The notes under the pieces are model-generated. The model did no database searches and was not told where the DNA came from. It saw nothing but the letters and a program-made list of their open reading frames with translations. The position numbers were made by a program, and so were the translations under genes. Positions 37,243 to 47,390 of a stretch of DNA of 64,000 nucleotides are shown here, piece after piece. Origin of the DNA: an uncultured bacterium (GTDB taxonomy: Bacteria > CSSED10-310 > CAZUFC01); contig CAZUFC010000008.1 in assembly GCA_964619725.1 (NCBI GenBank), positions 32,001 through 96,000 on the forward strand, read 5' to 3'. The first letter of the stretch is position 1. Each line of letters opens with the position of its first letter.

Positions 37243-38490
37243 ATGTCTGCCGCGAGGGAATGGTTATGGTGTGGAACGGCAGGCGGCAGATATTCCGGGA
37301 AACGGGGCATTTCATTGTTTAAGCGGGCTTCGCAGACAGCTTTTATCAGAAAAATCGAAAAACGGATCGGGGACAGGACTCTGTCATTGATCAATTACAG
37401 GCCGAGTGCATCTCATTCCGTAAAATCAACGTTTGCGGTCATCGTTCAGTTGATTCATCAAATCATCGGCCGCATCTTCAGTCATTTTTATTACAGGAAG
37501 CTGAGGCGGTATAAGGGAAAGAAGAAAATCATCTGGGCGTTGACGCCTCCGCCGGGACTGCGCAACCTGGGCGATCATGCTCAGGCAGTCGCCATTCGCG
37601 GGATATTCAGGGACTTTTTCGGGGATTATGCCGTCGTTGAGCTGGACAAGAATGAGGTTTATCTGAGCCTATGGGCAATAAAAAAGATTCTGGGGCGTGA
37701 GGATATAATATTCCTTCAGAGCGGCGGCAATTTAAACAGCCGTTCGCCCTGGTCGGAAAACGGCCGGCGATTGATTATCCGGCATTTCAAGTCAAATAGA
37801 ATCATTTCTCTTCCCCAGACGATATATTTTGAGGAAACCGGTCCGGGAAGAGAGGAGCTGTCGATAAGCCGTCGGATTTACAATCAGCATCCGAATCTGA
37901 CGATTGTCGCTCGTGATTCGACAAGCCTGCGGCTGGCCCGGGAGTATTTCCCTTCGAGCCAAACGACGGCCTGTCCCGATGTCGTGTTGTATCTGCCGAA
38001 ACCTCCAAAAGAGCGGGAGAGAAGGGGAATATTGCTGTGTATTCGCAACGACCGGGAATCTCAAATCGGACCCGGCGGTCTCAGTCGCATACGGGAAATA
38101 ATGGAAGAAATCGGGAAGGAATACGAAATTTTCGATACTGTCGTCGATCACGATGTCGAGATATCGGAACAGGAGCAGGAAACATATCGCGCCCTGAGAT
38201 TATTCATGAGGCATGAAGCGGTGGTGACGGACCGCCTGCACGGATTGATATTTTCAGTCGTGACTCAGACTCCCTGCATAGTTCTGAATACGGCGGACCA
38301 CAAGATAAAAAAGGGGATCGAGTGGTTTGAAGGACTTGATTTCATCTATCATGCCGATGCTCCGGATTCAATAAAAAAATTGATCAGGGAAGCCTGTGAG
38401 AAGAAAAAGACCCCGGTCGGTTATCCTGACTGGAAATCAAAGTATTTCAACGGATTGTTCAAAAAGATAAGAGAAGAAACAGCATTGTGA
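37243..38490 (+). CDS. Polysaccharide pyruvyl transferase family protein (start uncertain)
   Basis: NLGDHAQ, QSGGNL, LPQTI, ARD..S, CPD and VVTDRLHG motifs. Confidence 0.88.
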   Translation: MSAAREWLWCGTAGGRYSGKRGISLFKRASQTAFIRKIEKRIGDRTLSLINYRPSASHSVKSTFAVIVQLIHQIIGRIFSHFYYRKLRRYKGKKKIIWALTPPPGLRNLGDHAQAVAIRGIFRDFFGDYAVVELDKNEVYLSLWAIKKILGREDIIFLQSGGNLNSRSPWSENGRRLIIRHFKSNRIISLPQTIYFEETGPGREELSISRRIYNQHPNLTIVARDSTSLRLAREYFPSSQTTACPDVVLYLPKPPKERERRGILLCIRNDRESQIGPGGLSRIREIMEEIGKEYEIFDTVVDHDVEISEQEQETYRALRLFMRHEAVVTDRLHGLIFSVVTQTPCIVLNTADHKIKKGIEWFEGLDFIYHADAPDSIKKLIREACEKKKTPVGYPDWKSKYFNGLFKKIREETAL

Positions 38491-39746
38491 TCGAAAAAGG
38501 AATCAAGATGAAAGCTCATAGCGGCAAAAAAATGCTGGTCGTCGCTTCAACGTTTCCCCGCTGGAAGGACGATTCGCTCCCGCCCTTCGTATATGAACTG
38601 GCTAAGAGATTGGCGGAAAAATATGAAATTCACGTGCTTACTCCCCATTATCCGGGTTCAAAGCGACGAGAAGTGATGGAAGGGTTGGAAGTGCATCGTT
38701 TCAAGTACTTTCCTGAGAAATACCAGATTCTCGCAGGCAGCGGCGGCATACTCCCGGCTTTGAAAAAAAACAGACTGCTGTATCTGGCGGTTCCTTTTTT
38801 CTTTGTATTCGAGTACCGGGCGCTGGTGCGACTGGCTGAACAAATTAAACCTGACATTATTCACGCTCACTGGACCGTTCCCCAGGGACTGGTGTGCGCG
38901 GCGCTGAAAAAAATTAAAGGGCATCCGTATATGGTAACCGCGCACGGCGGAGATATTTACGGTTTGCGCGGCCGATTCTGGAAGAAATTTAAAAAATTGG
39001 CATTAAGGAATGCCCGAAAGGCTACCGTAGTCAGCAACGCATTACGCCAGGAAATAATTGAAAATATCGATGAAAATTTGACGACGGACGTCATTTCCAT
39101 GGGAGTGGACACGGAATTTTTTAATCCCGGCAAACGTAATGAATCAATCAGAAACCGTTACGGCATAAAAGGACCGTTTCTCCTTTTCGTGGGTCGACTG
39201 GCCGAAAAGAAGGGCATACGTTACCTGATTGATGCCATGCCGGCGGTTATAAGTATTATTCCGGAAGTTAAACTTCTGATCGTAGGTTCCGGGACGTTGG
39301 AGCAAGAGTTGAAAGCCCTCGTCGACCACCATGATTTAGACGAAAACGTTGTTTTCGCGGGTTCTCTCCCTAATCAGAAACTTCCTGAATTATACGCATC
39401 GGCCGACATTTTCATCGCGCCTTCCATCGAAGCGGAAGGCGGTGATAAAGAAGGCCTGCCGGTTACTCTTATGGAAGCTATGTCCTCCGGGTGCGTAGTA
39501 ATAGCGACGGACCTGGAGGGTAACAGGGACCTGATCGATCAGGGTAAAAACGGTCTTCTGGTGAGACAGAAAAGCTCTGAAGACATCGCCGCAGCGATCA
39601 TTGAAACTCTAAAAGATGAAAGTTCTTTCTCTAAAATAGGCAATCCGGCAAGAAAACGCGCCATCCGTCATTACGATTGGAACGTCATAGCGCAAAAATA
39701 CGACGAAATCATCAAGGGCATGCTTGAACCACCCCCGACACATTAA
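38487..39746 (+). CDS. Glycosyltransferase family 4
   Basis: STFPRW, IHAHW.VPQG, FVGRLAEKKG and EGLPVTLMEAMSSG motifs. Confidence 0.93.
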   Translation: MIEKGIKMKAHSGKKMLVVASTFPRWKDDSLPPFVYELAKRLAEKYEIHVLTPHYPGSKRREVMEGLEVHRFKYFPEKYQILAGSGGILPALKKNRLLYLAVPFFFVFEYRALVRLAEQIKPDIIHAHWTVPQGLVCAALKKIKGHPYMVTAHGGDIYGLRGRFWKKFKKLALRNARKATVVSNALRQEIIENIDENLTTDVISMGVDTEFFNPGKRNESIRNRYGIKGPFLLFVGRLAEKKGIRYLIDAMPAVISIIPEVKLLIVGSGTLEQELKALVDHHDLDENVVFAGSLPNQKLPELYASADIFIAPSIEAEGGDKEGLPVTLMEAMSSGCVVIATDLEGNRDLIDQGKNGLLVRQKSSEDIAAAIIETLKDESSFSKIGNPARKRAIRHYDWNVIAQKYDEIIKGMLEPPPTH

Positions 39747-39791
39747 AAATTTCATCCCGACGCTGATTATACGTTGATGAAGCGCCGCCGG

Positions 39792-40091
39792 TTAATCCTT
39801 CTGTTTTTTCCTGAGCAGAGAAAGTCCTCCGAAACCGCTGATTACAGCCATGTAGAAACCGAAATCATACCACCATCCGGAATTGTTCGGCTCATATATT
39901 CTGATGTCGTCGTTGAAGATTCCCCATATCAGGCATACGGGCGCTATCCAGCCGTGCCAGATGCCTGAAAAGAATCCGGCTTCACGTTCCGGACCGTAAC
40001 GTCCGCCGCCTGGCGCACAAGATACCGCAAAAAGCATAGCCGCCAAAAGTAAAGCCAACGCCGGCGCTTTTGTGCCTTTGAAAACCTTCAT
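39792..40091 (-). CDS. Small membrane protein / lipoprotein
   Basis: FAVSC lipobox-like signal; AGFFSGIWHGWIAP...IYE..NSGWWYDFGF. Confidence 0.75.
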   Translation of the reverse strand: MKVFKGTKAPALALLLAAMLFAVSCAPGGGRYGPEREAGFFSGIWHGWIAPVCLIWGIFNDDIRIYEPNNSGWWYDFGFYMAVISGFGGLSLLRKKQKD

Positions 40092-40105
40092 TTTTTCACC
40101 TTTTC

Positions 40106-40291
40106 TTATTTTTTGACCAGAGTCTCACCGCAGCAGGAAAAAGTGCAGGGATCAGCCTTACCCTCTTCATGGCAGGCACAGTCCGCAGACGGCGTTCCAT
40201 AATCTTTGCATTCCTTAACTACCTCAAGCTCGAGTCCGCATTCCGGGCATACGTAAATATCGCCTTTTTTCATTTCGTGACACGTGATCAT
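40106..40291 (-). CDS. Small Cys-rich desulforedoxin-like metal-binding protein
   Basis: KKGDIYVCPECGLELEVVKEC...FSCCG; RBS AAGGAG upstream. Confidence 0.7.
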   Translation of the reverse strand: MITCHEMKKGDIYVCPECGLELEVVKECKDYGTPSADCACHEEGKADPCTFSCCGETLVKK

Positions 40292-40505
40292 ATTTTTTCT
40301 CCTTTCATTTGATTTCCGTGATTAAAAGCCGAAGAATCAAGGTAAATACGATTAGGATCATAATATAAAAATCCAGGCAAAGCAAATTGCCGGAGGAATT
40401 TTTACCTTCTACGGCATATTGGGCTTACTGAAATTTTGTTTTCGAGAATAAAGAGTGAAAACAAAACGTCGAATTTTTTATTTCGCCGGCAAGCGCCTGT
40501 CAAGA

Positions 40506-40573
40506 AACTCGATTTTCGATTCAAATTTTACTGTTGGACATGCGCTGCGACTTTTTGATCCATAAACGAGCGA
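40506..40573 (+). repeat. Second small intergenic repeat, copy 2
   Basis: Shares tttttgatccataaacgagcgaa and the aactcgatt..tcgattcaaa block with 9989-10066. Confidence 0.7.
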
Positions 40574-40671
40574 AGCGGAGAAAAGTTATGATAAACCATT
40601 TAAAGTCAATTACTTGTACCGCTGCTTTCATTTGTTTTTCAAAAAAACGCGATTTTACACAACGGATAATC

Positions 40672-40700
40672 TTGACGCACTGCTTCAAAAAGGATATTAT
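40672..40700 (+). promoter_or_regulatory. Sigma70-like promoter upstream of the fad operon
   Basis: TTGACG-17 nt-TATTAT, about 100 bp before ATG 40798. Confidence 0.5.
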
Positions 40701-40797
40701 AAGCTCATCGCTTTAATTACCGCAACTTAGCGGCGGTGATTATACGGTAAAATCGTCGTAAACGGAAACGGACAACCAGAATGGAGGACATGGAATA

Positions 40798-43212
40798 ATG
40801 CCTTATAAGATCAAGAAAACAGCGGTATTAGGAGCTGGAGTAATGGGCGCATCGATAGCGGGGCATTTTGCGAATGCCGGTTATCCATGCATATTGCTTG
40901 ACATTGTGCCTCCCCGGCTGACACCGGAGGATGAGAAGGCGGGATTAACGAAGGAGAGCCCGAAGTTCAGGAACAGGCTGGCAGAGCAGGGCAAGCAGGG
41001 AATGAAGAAGGCGAAGCCATCGCCGATATTTACGAAGAGCAAGCTTGATATGATCGAGACGGGGAATTTTGAGGATGATCTGTCCCGGTTGAAGGATGCT
41101 GATTTAGTGGTAGAAGCGATAATCGAGAACATGGAGATCAAGAAGAAGTTGTTTACGAATCTGGCGCCCAATTTATCACCGACGTGCATCTTGACGTCGA
41201 ACACATCGGGATTATCGATAAACGATCTGGCGAAGACGTTGCCTGAGGAGTTACGGGGCCGTTTCTGCGGGACGCATTTTTTCAATCCTCCGCGTTACAT
41301 GAAATTATTGGAAGTCATACCGGGTGAGGATACGGATTCCGAGGTATTATCGACATTGGTGAAGTTCGGGGAGTATGAATTGGGAAAGGGTATAGTGCAT
41401 GCGAAGGACACGCCGAATTTCATAGCGAACCGGATCGGTGTATATGCCTTAATGCTTGTGATTCATAAGATGGCAGAGATGGGAATGACGGTTGAGGAAG
41501 TGGATGCATTGACGGGACGGCCGATCGGTCATCCGAAGACGGCATCGTTCAGGACAGCCGACCTTGTAGGCCTCGACACGTTGTTGCACGTAGCGAATAA
41601 CGTATACGAGGGACTAGTTGACGATCCTTACCGGGAAGTATTCAAGGCGCCGCAATTTTTGAAGGAGATGGTAGAGAAGGGGCTGCTCGGAGGAAAAGCC
41701 GGCAAGGGCTTTTACAAGAAGATAAAGAGTCCCGAGGGCAAATCGATCATTTTGAGTCTGGATTACAACACGATGGAATATACGGAGCAGGGTAAGGCCT
41801 CATTCGGTTCGGTATCTCAGACGAAAGGCATGAGCGATGCGGGCGAGCGAATAAAGGCTATGATGTTTGCAGAGGACAAGGGAGGCGAATTCACGTGGAA
41901 GACGACGGCGCCGATGTTGAATTATGCGGCGTATTGCGTTCCCGAGATATCCGACGACATAGTGAACGTTGACAATGCGATGAAGTGGGGATTCAACTGG
42001 AAGCTGGGGCCTTTTGAAACGTTTGATGCGGTAGGAGTGGAGCAATGGGCCGAGAAGTGGACGGCGGAGGGCAATGAGTTGCCGTCGCTTGTGAAGTCAT
42101 TGCTGGATTCCGGCAAGAAGACGTTTTATGAAAGGGAGAAGGGAGTCGAATATTTCTTTGATATAGGCAAGAAGGCTTACGAAAAGATCGATTATCCGCC
42201 GCAGTATATTGATCTGAGCGCCTTAAAGGAGCAGGGTCGCACGATAAAGGAGAATGCTGGGGCGAGTTTGATCGACATAGGCGACGGTGTGGCGTGTCTG
42301 GAATTTCACACAAAGATGAATGCGATCGGCCCTGATATCATCAACATGATGAAGGAGAGCGTAGAGGAAGTAGAGAATAACTGGGAAGGCATGGTCATAA
42401 GCAATCAGTCGTCGAATTTTTCAGTCGGAGCGAACCTTCAGTTGATATTAATGACCATTATGAATGAGGAATGGGATGAGCTGGAGTGGGTCGTGAAGAG
42501 TTTTCAGGAAGCGAACATGAGGTTGCGTTATTCTTCGAAGCCTGTTATCGCAGCGCCATTCGGTCTGACGTTGGGAGGCGGTTGCGAGGTGACTTTGGGG
42601 GCTGACGCGGTGCGTGCGGCTGCAGAGACATATATCGGGATGGTTGAGTTGGGTGTTGGAGTGATACCTGCCGGCGGCGGCACCAAGGAGATGGTCCGGC
42701 GGCATGCTGCGATGGTGCCTGACAATCTGGCGGATGCCGACATTTTCCCTTTCATTCGCCGCGGATTCGAGGCGATCGGCATGGCGAAGGTAGCGACAAG
42801 CGGCGAAGAAGCGCGAGAATTCGGTTTTTTCACGGACCGGGACGGCATAACCATGAACAAAGATTTTCTGATACATGATGCCAAGCAGATGGTTTTATCG
42901 ATGGTGCGCGAGGGATACAGGGAACCCCGGCCGGCTGAAGACATTCCTGTTTTGGGGAGTAAAGGGATAGCAGCGATAAAGGTTTTTCTGTTCGGGTTTC
43001 AGGACGGCAACTGGGCTTCAGCCTATGACGTTCACCTGGGCAACATGCTGGCGAAGGTGATATGCGGCGGCGACGTAGCTGCGGGAACCAGGGTCAGCGA
43101 ACAGTATCTTCTGGAACTGGAAAGAGAGGTATTCCTCAGTTTATGCGGACAGAGGAAGACCCAGGAAAGAATGAAACATATGCTCGAAAAGGGCAAACCG
43201 TTGCGCAACTGA
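40798..43212 (+). CDS. fadN: 3-hydroxyacyl-CoA dehydrogenase / enoyl-CoA hydratase (FadN-like)
   Basis: VLGAGVMG, SNTSGL, THFFNPPRYMKLLE, DTPNFIANRIG, GGGCE and GKPLRN motifs. Confidence 0.95.
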   Translation: MPYKIKKTAVLGAGVMGASIAGHFANAGYPCILLDIVPPRLTPEDEKAGLTKESPKFRNRLAEQGKQGMKKAKPSPIFTKSKLDMIETGNFEDDLSRLKDADLVVEAIIENMEIKKKLFTNLAPNLSPTCILTSNTSGLSINDLAKTLPEELRGRFCGTHFFNPPRYMKLLEVIPGEDTDSEVLSTLVKFGEYELGKGIVHAKDTPNFIANRIGVYALMLVIHKMAEMGMTVEEVDALTGRPIGHPKTASFRTADLVGLDTLLHVANNVYEGLVDDPYREVFKAPQFLKEMVEKGLLGGKAGKGFYKKIKSPEGKSIILSLDYNTMEYTEQGKASFGSVSQTKGMSDAGERIKAMMFAEDKGGEFTWKTTAPMLNYAAYCVPEISDDIVNVDNAMKWGFNWKLGPFETFDAVGVEQWAEKWTAEGNELPSLVKSLLDSGKKTFYEREKGVEYFFDIGKKAYEKIDYPPQYIDLSALKEQGRTIKENAGASLIDIGDGVACLEFHTKMNAIGPDIINMMKESVEEVENNWEGMVISNQSSNFSVGANLQLILMTIMNEEWDELEWVVKSFQEANMRLRYSSKPVIAAPFGLTLGGGCEVTLGADAVRAAAETYIGMVELGVGVIPAGGGTKEMVRRHAAMVPDNLADADIFPFIRRGFEAIGMAKVATSGEEAREFGFFTDRDGITMNKDFLIHDAKQMVLSMVREGYREPRPAEDIPVLGSKGIAAIKVFLFGFQDGNWASAYDVHLGNMLAKVICGGDVAAGTRVSEQYLLELEREVFLSLCGQRKTQERMKHMLEKGKPLRN

Positions 43213-43287
43213 TAATTCTAAAAAAAGTTTTTTTTGGTAATAAACAAACTGAACCAATAAAGAAATCAATTTCAGGAGGAGATAAAG

Positions 43288-44466
43288 ATGCGTGATGCTT
43301 ACGTAGTCGCTGCGGTAAGGACAGCGGTTGGAAAAGCGAAGAAGGGGACCTTAAAGGACTACCGGCCTGATGATATGGCGGCGACGGTCATAAAGGGAGC
43401 GCTGGAAAAGGTAGAGGGATTAAAGCCGGAACAAGTCGACGATGTGATATTGGGATGTGCTATGCCTGAGGGAGAGCAGGGCATGAATGTGGGCCGGATA
43501 AGCGCTTTGGCGGCAGGCATGCCGGACAGCGTACCGGCCATGACGGTCAATCGATTTTGTTCATCGGGATTGGAGACAGTATCCATAGGGATTCAAAAGA
43601 TCATGTGCGGTTGGGCTGACGTGGTTCTGGCAGGCGGCACGGAGACAATGTCTTTAATACCCATGGGCGGCAAGGGAGTTTCTCCTAATCCTTTTCTGGC
43701 GGAGAATCATCCGGAAACGTACCTGGGTATGGGACTGACTGCAGAGCGACTGGTTGAAAAATACGATATAAGCCGGGAAGAACAGGACGAATTTGCATAC
43801 CACAGTCACCGAAAGGCGATAAAGGCTATCGACGACGGCTTGTTTGAAGAGGAGATCATTCCTCTTGAGGTTCCTGTAACTCATTTCGGAAAGAGAGGCA
43901 GGCCCTACCAGGAAAAGGTGATTTTCAAAGTAGACGAGGGACCTCGCCGGGATACCAGCGTAGAAGGACTGGCGAAATTGAAGCCGGCATTCAAGATGGG
44001 CGGTACCGTTACGGCGGGAAATTCTTCACAGATGAGCGACGGAGCGGCTATATTGGTTTTGATGTCGGGCGAAAAAGTGAAGGAATTGGGAGTAAAACCC
44101 GTGGCCAGGCTGTTGGCTTACACAGTAGCGGGAGTGCCTCCGGAAATAATGGGAATCGGTCCCGTGGAGGCGGTGCCCAAGGTGATGAAATTAACGGGAT
44201 TAAGCATCGATCAGATGGACGTTATCGAATTGAACGAGGCTTTCGCAGCCCAATCGATATCCGTCATCAGGGAATTGAAATTACCTGAGGACAGAATCAA
44301 CGTCAATGGAGGAGCCGTAGCTCTCGGACATCCTCTGGGGTGCACGGGCGCAAAAATAACCGCCACTATTCTGCAGGAGCTGAAAAGGCGCGGAGGAAAA
44401 TACGGTCTGGTCACCATGTGCATAGGCGGCGGCATGGGCGCTGCCGGAATTTTCGAGATGATTTAA
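43288..44466 (+). CDS. fadA: Acetyl-CoA C-acyltransferase (thiolase)
   Basis: [20 protein letters not shown] and MCIGGGMG motifs. Confidence 0.96.
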   Translation: MRDAYVVAAVRTAVGKAKKGTLKDYRPDDMAATVIKGALEKVEGLKPEQVDDVILGCAMPEGEQGMNVGRISALAAGMPDSVPAMTVNRFCSSGLETVSIGIQKIMCGWADVVLAGGTETMSLIPMGGKGVSPNPFLAENHPETYLGMGLTAERLVEKYDISREEQDEFAYHSHRKAIKAIDDGLFEEEIIPLEVPVTHFGKRGRPYQEKVIFKVDEGPRRDTSVEGLAKLKPAFKMGGTVTAGNSSQMSDGAAILVLMSGEKVKELGVKPVARLLAYTVAGVPPEIMGIGPVEAVPKVMKLTGLSIDQMDVIELNEAFAAQSISVIRELKLPEDRINVNGGAVALGHPLGCTGAKITATILQELKRRGGKYGLVTMCIGGGMGAAGIFEMI

Positions 44467-44694
44467 TACGGAAGTTCCTCCAGGTTGATTTATCGGCGAA
44501 GCGCTGTCCCGGAAGGGCGGCAGACCGTTCATAATCAATGGAGGATGTCCGTAGGGATCGTCGCAGCATTTTGGCGAAAAGTTTAAAAGCAATGCCGGCT
44601 GAAGAATTCTGGCGGAGAGACCGCCGGGATTCGAAGGCCGGCTGAAAATATTCGTCTGAAGCTTATTCGTCTTTTGTCGAAAGGGGATGTATTG

Positions 44695-46488
44695 ATGAGC
44701 AATGAAGAATATATAAAAGGAGGCAGTTTTCTGCTGCCGGACAACTGGGAAGATGACCCTTTTATACCGGAAGATTTTACCGAAGAGCAGCTTATGATGG
44801 CAAAAACCACGGAAGATTTTATTGAAAAATCCGTGTTGCCGAAAATTGATCAAGTCGAAGCCAAGGAATTCGAAGTAACGAGGTCGCTGATACAGGAAGG
44901 GGGAGAGCTTGGTCTCCTGTCCATTGAAGTCCCGGAAAAATACGACGGGCTTGATCTGGAAAAAACGACGGCCATGCTGGTCAATGAAAAGATTGCGCCT
45001 GCAGGCTCTTTTGTTCCGGCCTGGGGCGCCCATTCCGGCATTGGAATGCTTCCCATAGTGTATTTCGGAACCGAGGAGCAAAAAAAGAAATACCTGGACA
45101 AACTGATGAGCGGCGAATGGATCGGATCATATACTCTGACCGAGGCCAACGCGGGTTCGGATGCTCTTTCAGGAAAAGCGCATGCAGTTTTGTCCGAGGA
45201 CGGCAAGCATTGGATACTCAACGGCGAAAAAAGTTTCATAACCAACGCCGGCTTTGCGGACCTCTTTATCGTTTTTGCGAAGATAGACCGTGAGTATTTT
45301 TCAGCTTTTATCATTGAAAAGGACTTTGAAGGTTTTTCACTCGGCGCTGAAGAAAAGAAAATGGGAATTAAGGGTTCGTCGACCCGCACGATCATAATGC
45401 AGGACCTGAAAATTCCTGTTGATAACCTTCTGGGAGAAAAAGGCAAGGGTCACATCATAGCCTTTAATATTTTGAACATAGGCCGGTTGAAGCTTGGCGC
45501 CGGCGCCATAGGCGGGTCCAAGGATGCCTTGAAAACAGCGGTGAATTACGCAATGGAGCGAGTTCAGTTCAAGAAGCCTATCGCCGAATTCGGAATGATC
45601 AGGGAAAAAATTGCGGATATGACCATCAAGTCGTTTGTGGGCGAAAGCATGGCGTATAGAACTGCGGGATTAATCGATAAACTGCTGTCCACGATAGACC
45701 CGGACGCGGCCGATGCTGAAAAGCAGAAAATCAAAGGCATCGAAGAATACCAGGTGGAATGTTCGATTCTGAAAGTTTACGGAAGCGAGATTCTGGATTT
45801 TGTTGTTGACGAAACGTTGCAGATTCACGGCGGCTACGGATATATAGAAGAATATCCTGCTGAAAAAATGTACAGGGATTCGAGAATCAACAGAATATAT
45901 GAAGGCACGAATGAAATTAACCGCCTGGTCATCACGGGGCAACTGCTCCGGCGCGCCACCAAAGGGCTCGTGCCCCTGCTCCCGGCAGCTCAAAAAATCG
46001 TGAAAGAATTGACGGAGCTTCCGCCTTTGAGTTCGGGCGAAGAAGATGAGTTTATGGCGACCGAGAAAAAGATGGTCAACAACATGAAGAAAGTCGCGCT
46101 TATGACTGCCGGCCAGGCCGGGCAGAAATTCGGCAAAGACATTCTGAAGCATCAGATGGTCATGTCGGCCGGAGCTGACATCATTATGGAAAGCTTTGCA
46201 GCGGAAAGCGCGTTGCTGCGGGTACTTAAACTGAAAGAAAAGAATCATCCCAATGCGGACATAGCGGAAAAACTGACCCGGGCGTTTCTTTATGAAACCG
46301 TGGGAAGAGTTGAGATGCTGGGCAGAAAAATTATTGCTTCCCTTGAATCGGGCGATATGCTCAGAATCAATCTTTCCGCTTTGAAGCGATTCACCCGCCA
46401 TACGCCGGTAGACGTGCTGGCTCTCAAGGATGAGATAGCAGGCATCGCCATAGAAAAGAAGGGATATCCTTTCAAATTCAGCGGATGA
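44695..46488 (+). CDS. fadE: Acyl-CoA dehydrogenase (FadE-like)
   Basis: LTEANAGSDA, KMGIKGSST, LNIGRLKL, QIHGGYGY and RINRIYEGTNEINR motifs. Confidence 0.95.
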   Translation: MSNEEYIKGGSFLLPDNWEDDPFIPEDFTEEQLMMAKTTEDFIEKSVLPKIDQVEAKEFEVTRSLIQEGGELGLLSIEVPEKYDGLDLEKTTAMLVNEKIAPAGSFVPAWGAHSGIGMLPIVYFGTEEQKKKYLDKLMSGEWIGSYTLTEANAGSDALSGKAHAVLSEDGKHWILNGEKSFITNAGFADLFIVFAKIDREYFSAFIIEKDFEGFSLGAEEKKMGIKGSSTRTIIMQDLKIPVDNLLGEKGKGHIIAFNILNIGRLKLGAGAIGGSKDALKTAVNYAMERVQFKKPIAEFGMIREKIADMTIKSFVGESMAYRTAGLIDKLLSTIDPDAADAEKQKIKGIEEYQVECSILKVYGSEILDFVVDETLQIHGGYGYIEEYPAEKMYRDSRINRIYEGTNEINRLVITGQLLRRATKGLVPLLPAAQKIVKELTELPPLSSGEEDEFMATEKKMVNNMKKVALMTAGQAGQKFGKDILKHQMVMSAGADIIMESFAAESALLRVLKLKEKNHPNADIAEKLTRAFLYETVGRVEMLGRKIIASLESGDMLRINLSALKRFTRHTPVDVLALKDEIAGIAIEKKGYPFKFSG

Positions 46489-46534
46489 TGATTAGAAAAC
46501 TTGTATCGCCTGCTTCCGCAGGCTGATGATTGAT

Positions 46535-46580
46535 TACCGGATGCCGGAAGGCATTTGACAAAAGCTTCCGGCATCCGGTA
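46535..46580. terminator. Perfect 16-bp inverted repeat after the fad operon
   Basis: TACCGGATGCCGGAAG ... CTTCCGGCATCCGGTA. Confidence 0.65.
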
Positions 46581-46680
46581 TCTATTATTCGGGTATGAGG
46601 GCGGTCGGAGATTGACCGGAGCATAACCGTCACTTTGAACGTCCTTCCGGCACGAATGAACGAAAAGCAAATCCGGGACT

Positions 46681-47199
46681 ATGATAGCTCAGTTAAAAGA
46701 AAGACTTATCTACATTGACGGCTTCAATGTGATGAAGAATCTGCCTCAATTGACGGGCGTAAAATTCCGTCGAGGTCGGAAAGATTTCCTGGCTTACGTT
46801 AAAAAGCATCGTGCGGAATTAATGATGACAGGGAATATTTTCATAGTGTTTGACGGGGATGAAAGGGGCGGGCCGAAAGCGACCAGCAAATCAAGTAATA
46901 TCCGCGTTATATATTCGGGATACGAGACTGCGGACGACTGGATACTCAGGCAGCTTGAAAAGCGAGCCGGAAACGCCAGAATAACTGTGGTAACGGACGA
47001 CCAGGAGCTTTCCGATCGTGTTCAAGTTCATAAAGCCAGGGCTGTGAAAGCCGCTTTATTCTTCAACGAACTTCTTCCGGCGTCCAAAAGGAGCCAGGAG
47101 GAGGCCGAGGCCCGGAAGTTGACGGTTCAAAAAAAAGAAGAAATAACGGAAGAACTGATGGACTTATGGTGCGGGGATACGGAAGAGGAAGAATGGTGA
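46681..47199 (+). CDS. YacP-like NYN domain protein
   Basis: YIDGFNV, IVFDG, TADDWI and VVTDDQEL motifs. Confidence 0.85.
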   Translation: MIAQLKERLIYIDGFNVMKNLPQLTGVKFRRGRKDFLAYVKKHRAELMMTGNIFIVFDGDERGGPKATSKSSNIRVIYSGYETADDWILRQLEKRAGNARITVVTDDQELSDRVQVHKARAVKAALFFNELLPASKRSQEEAEARKLTVQKKEEITEELMDLWCGDTEEEEW

Positions 47200-47390
47200 C
47201 GGCGGGGCAGTCCATGGATTTTTCGTTTCCGATTCGAATGACGGGCTTCGGAAAATTGCGAAAGTATTTTCAGGGGAAACCGGGAAGCGTCCGGGCATGA
47301 ATCAATGGGTGAAGGCAGCAGTCTGTTGAGGCAGCAGAAGAAGATGAACCGCCTGTTTGTTATAAGCTCTAAAAGAAAAAGAGAGCGCTA

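Noticed and set aside
13877-46401. Long antisense ORFs such as 13877..14776, 27631..28239, 28501..29151, 44281..45081 and 45670..46401
   Set aside because: They lie opposite well-supported genes and show no recognisable motifs.
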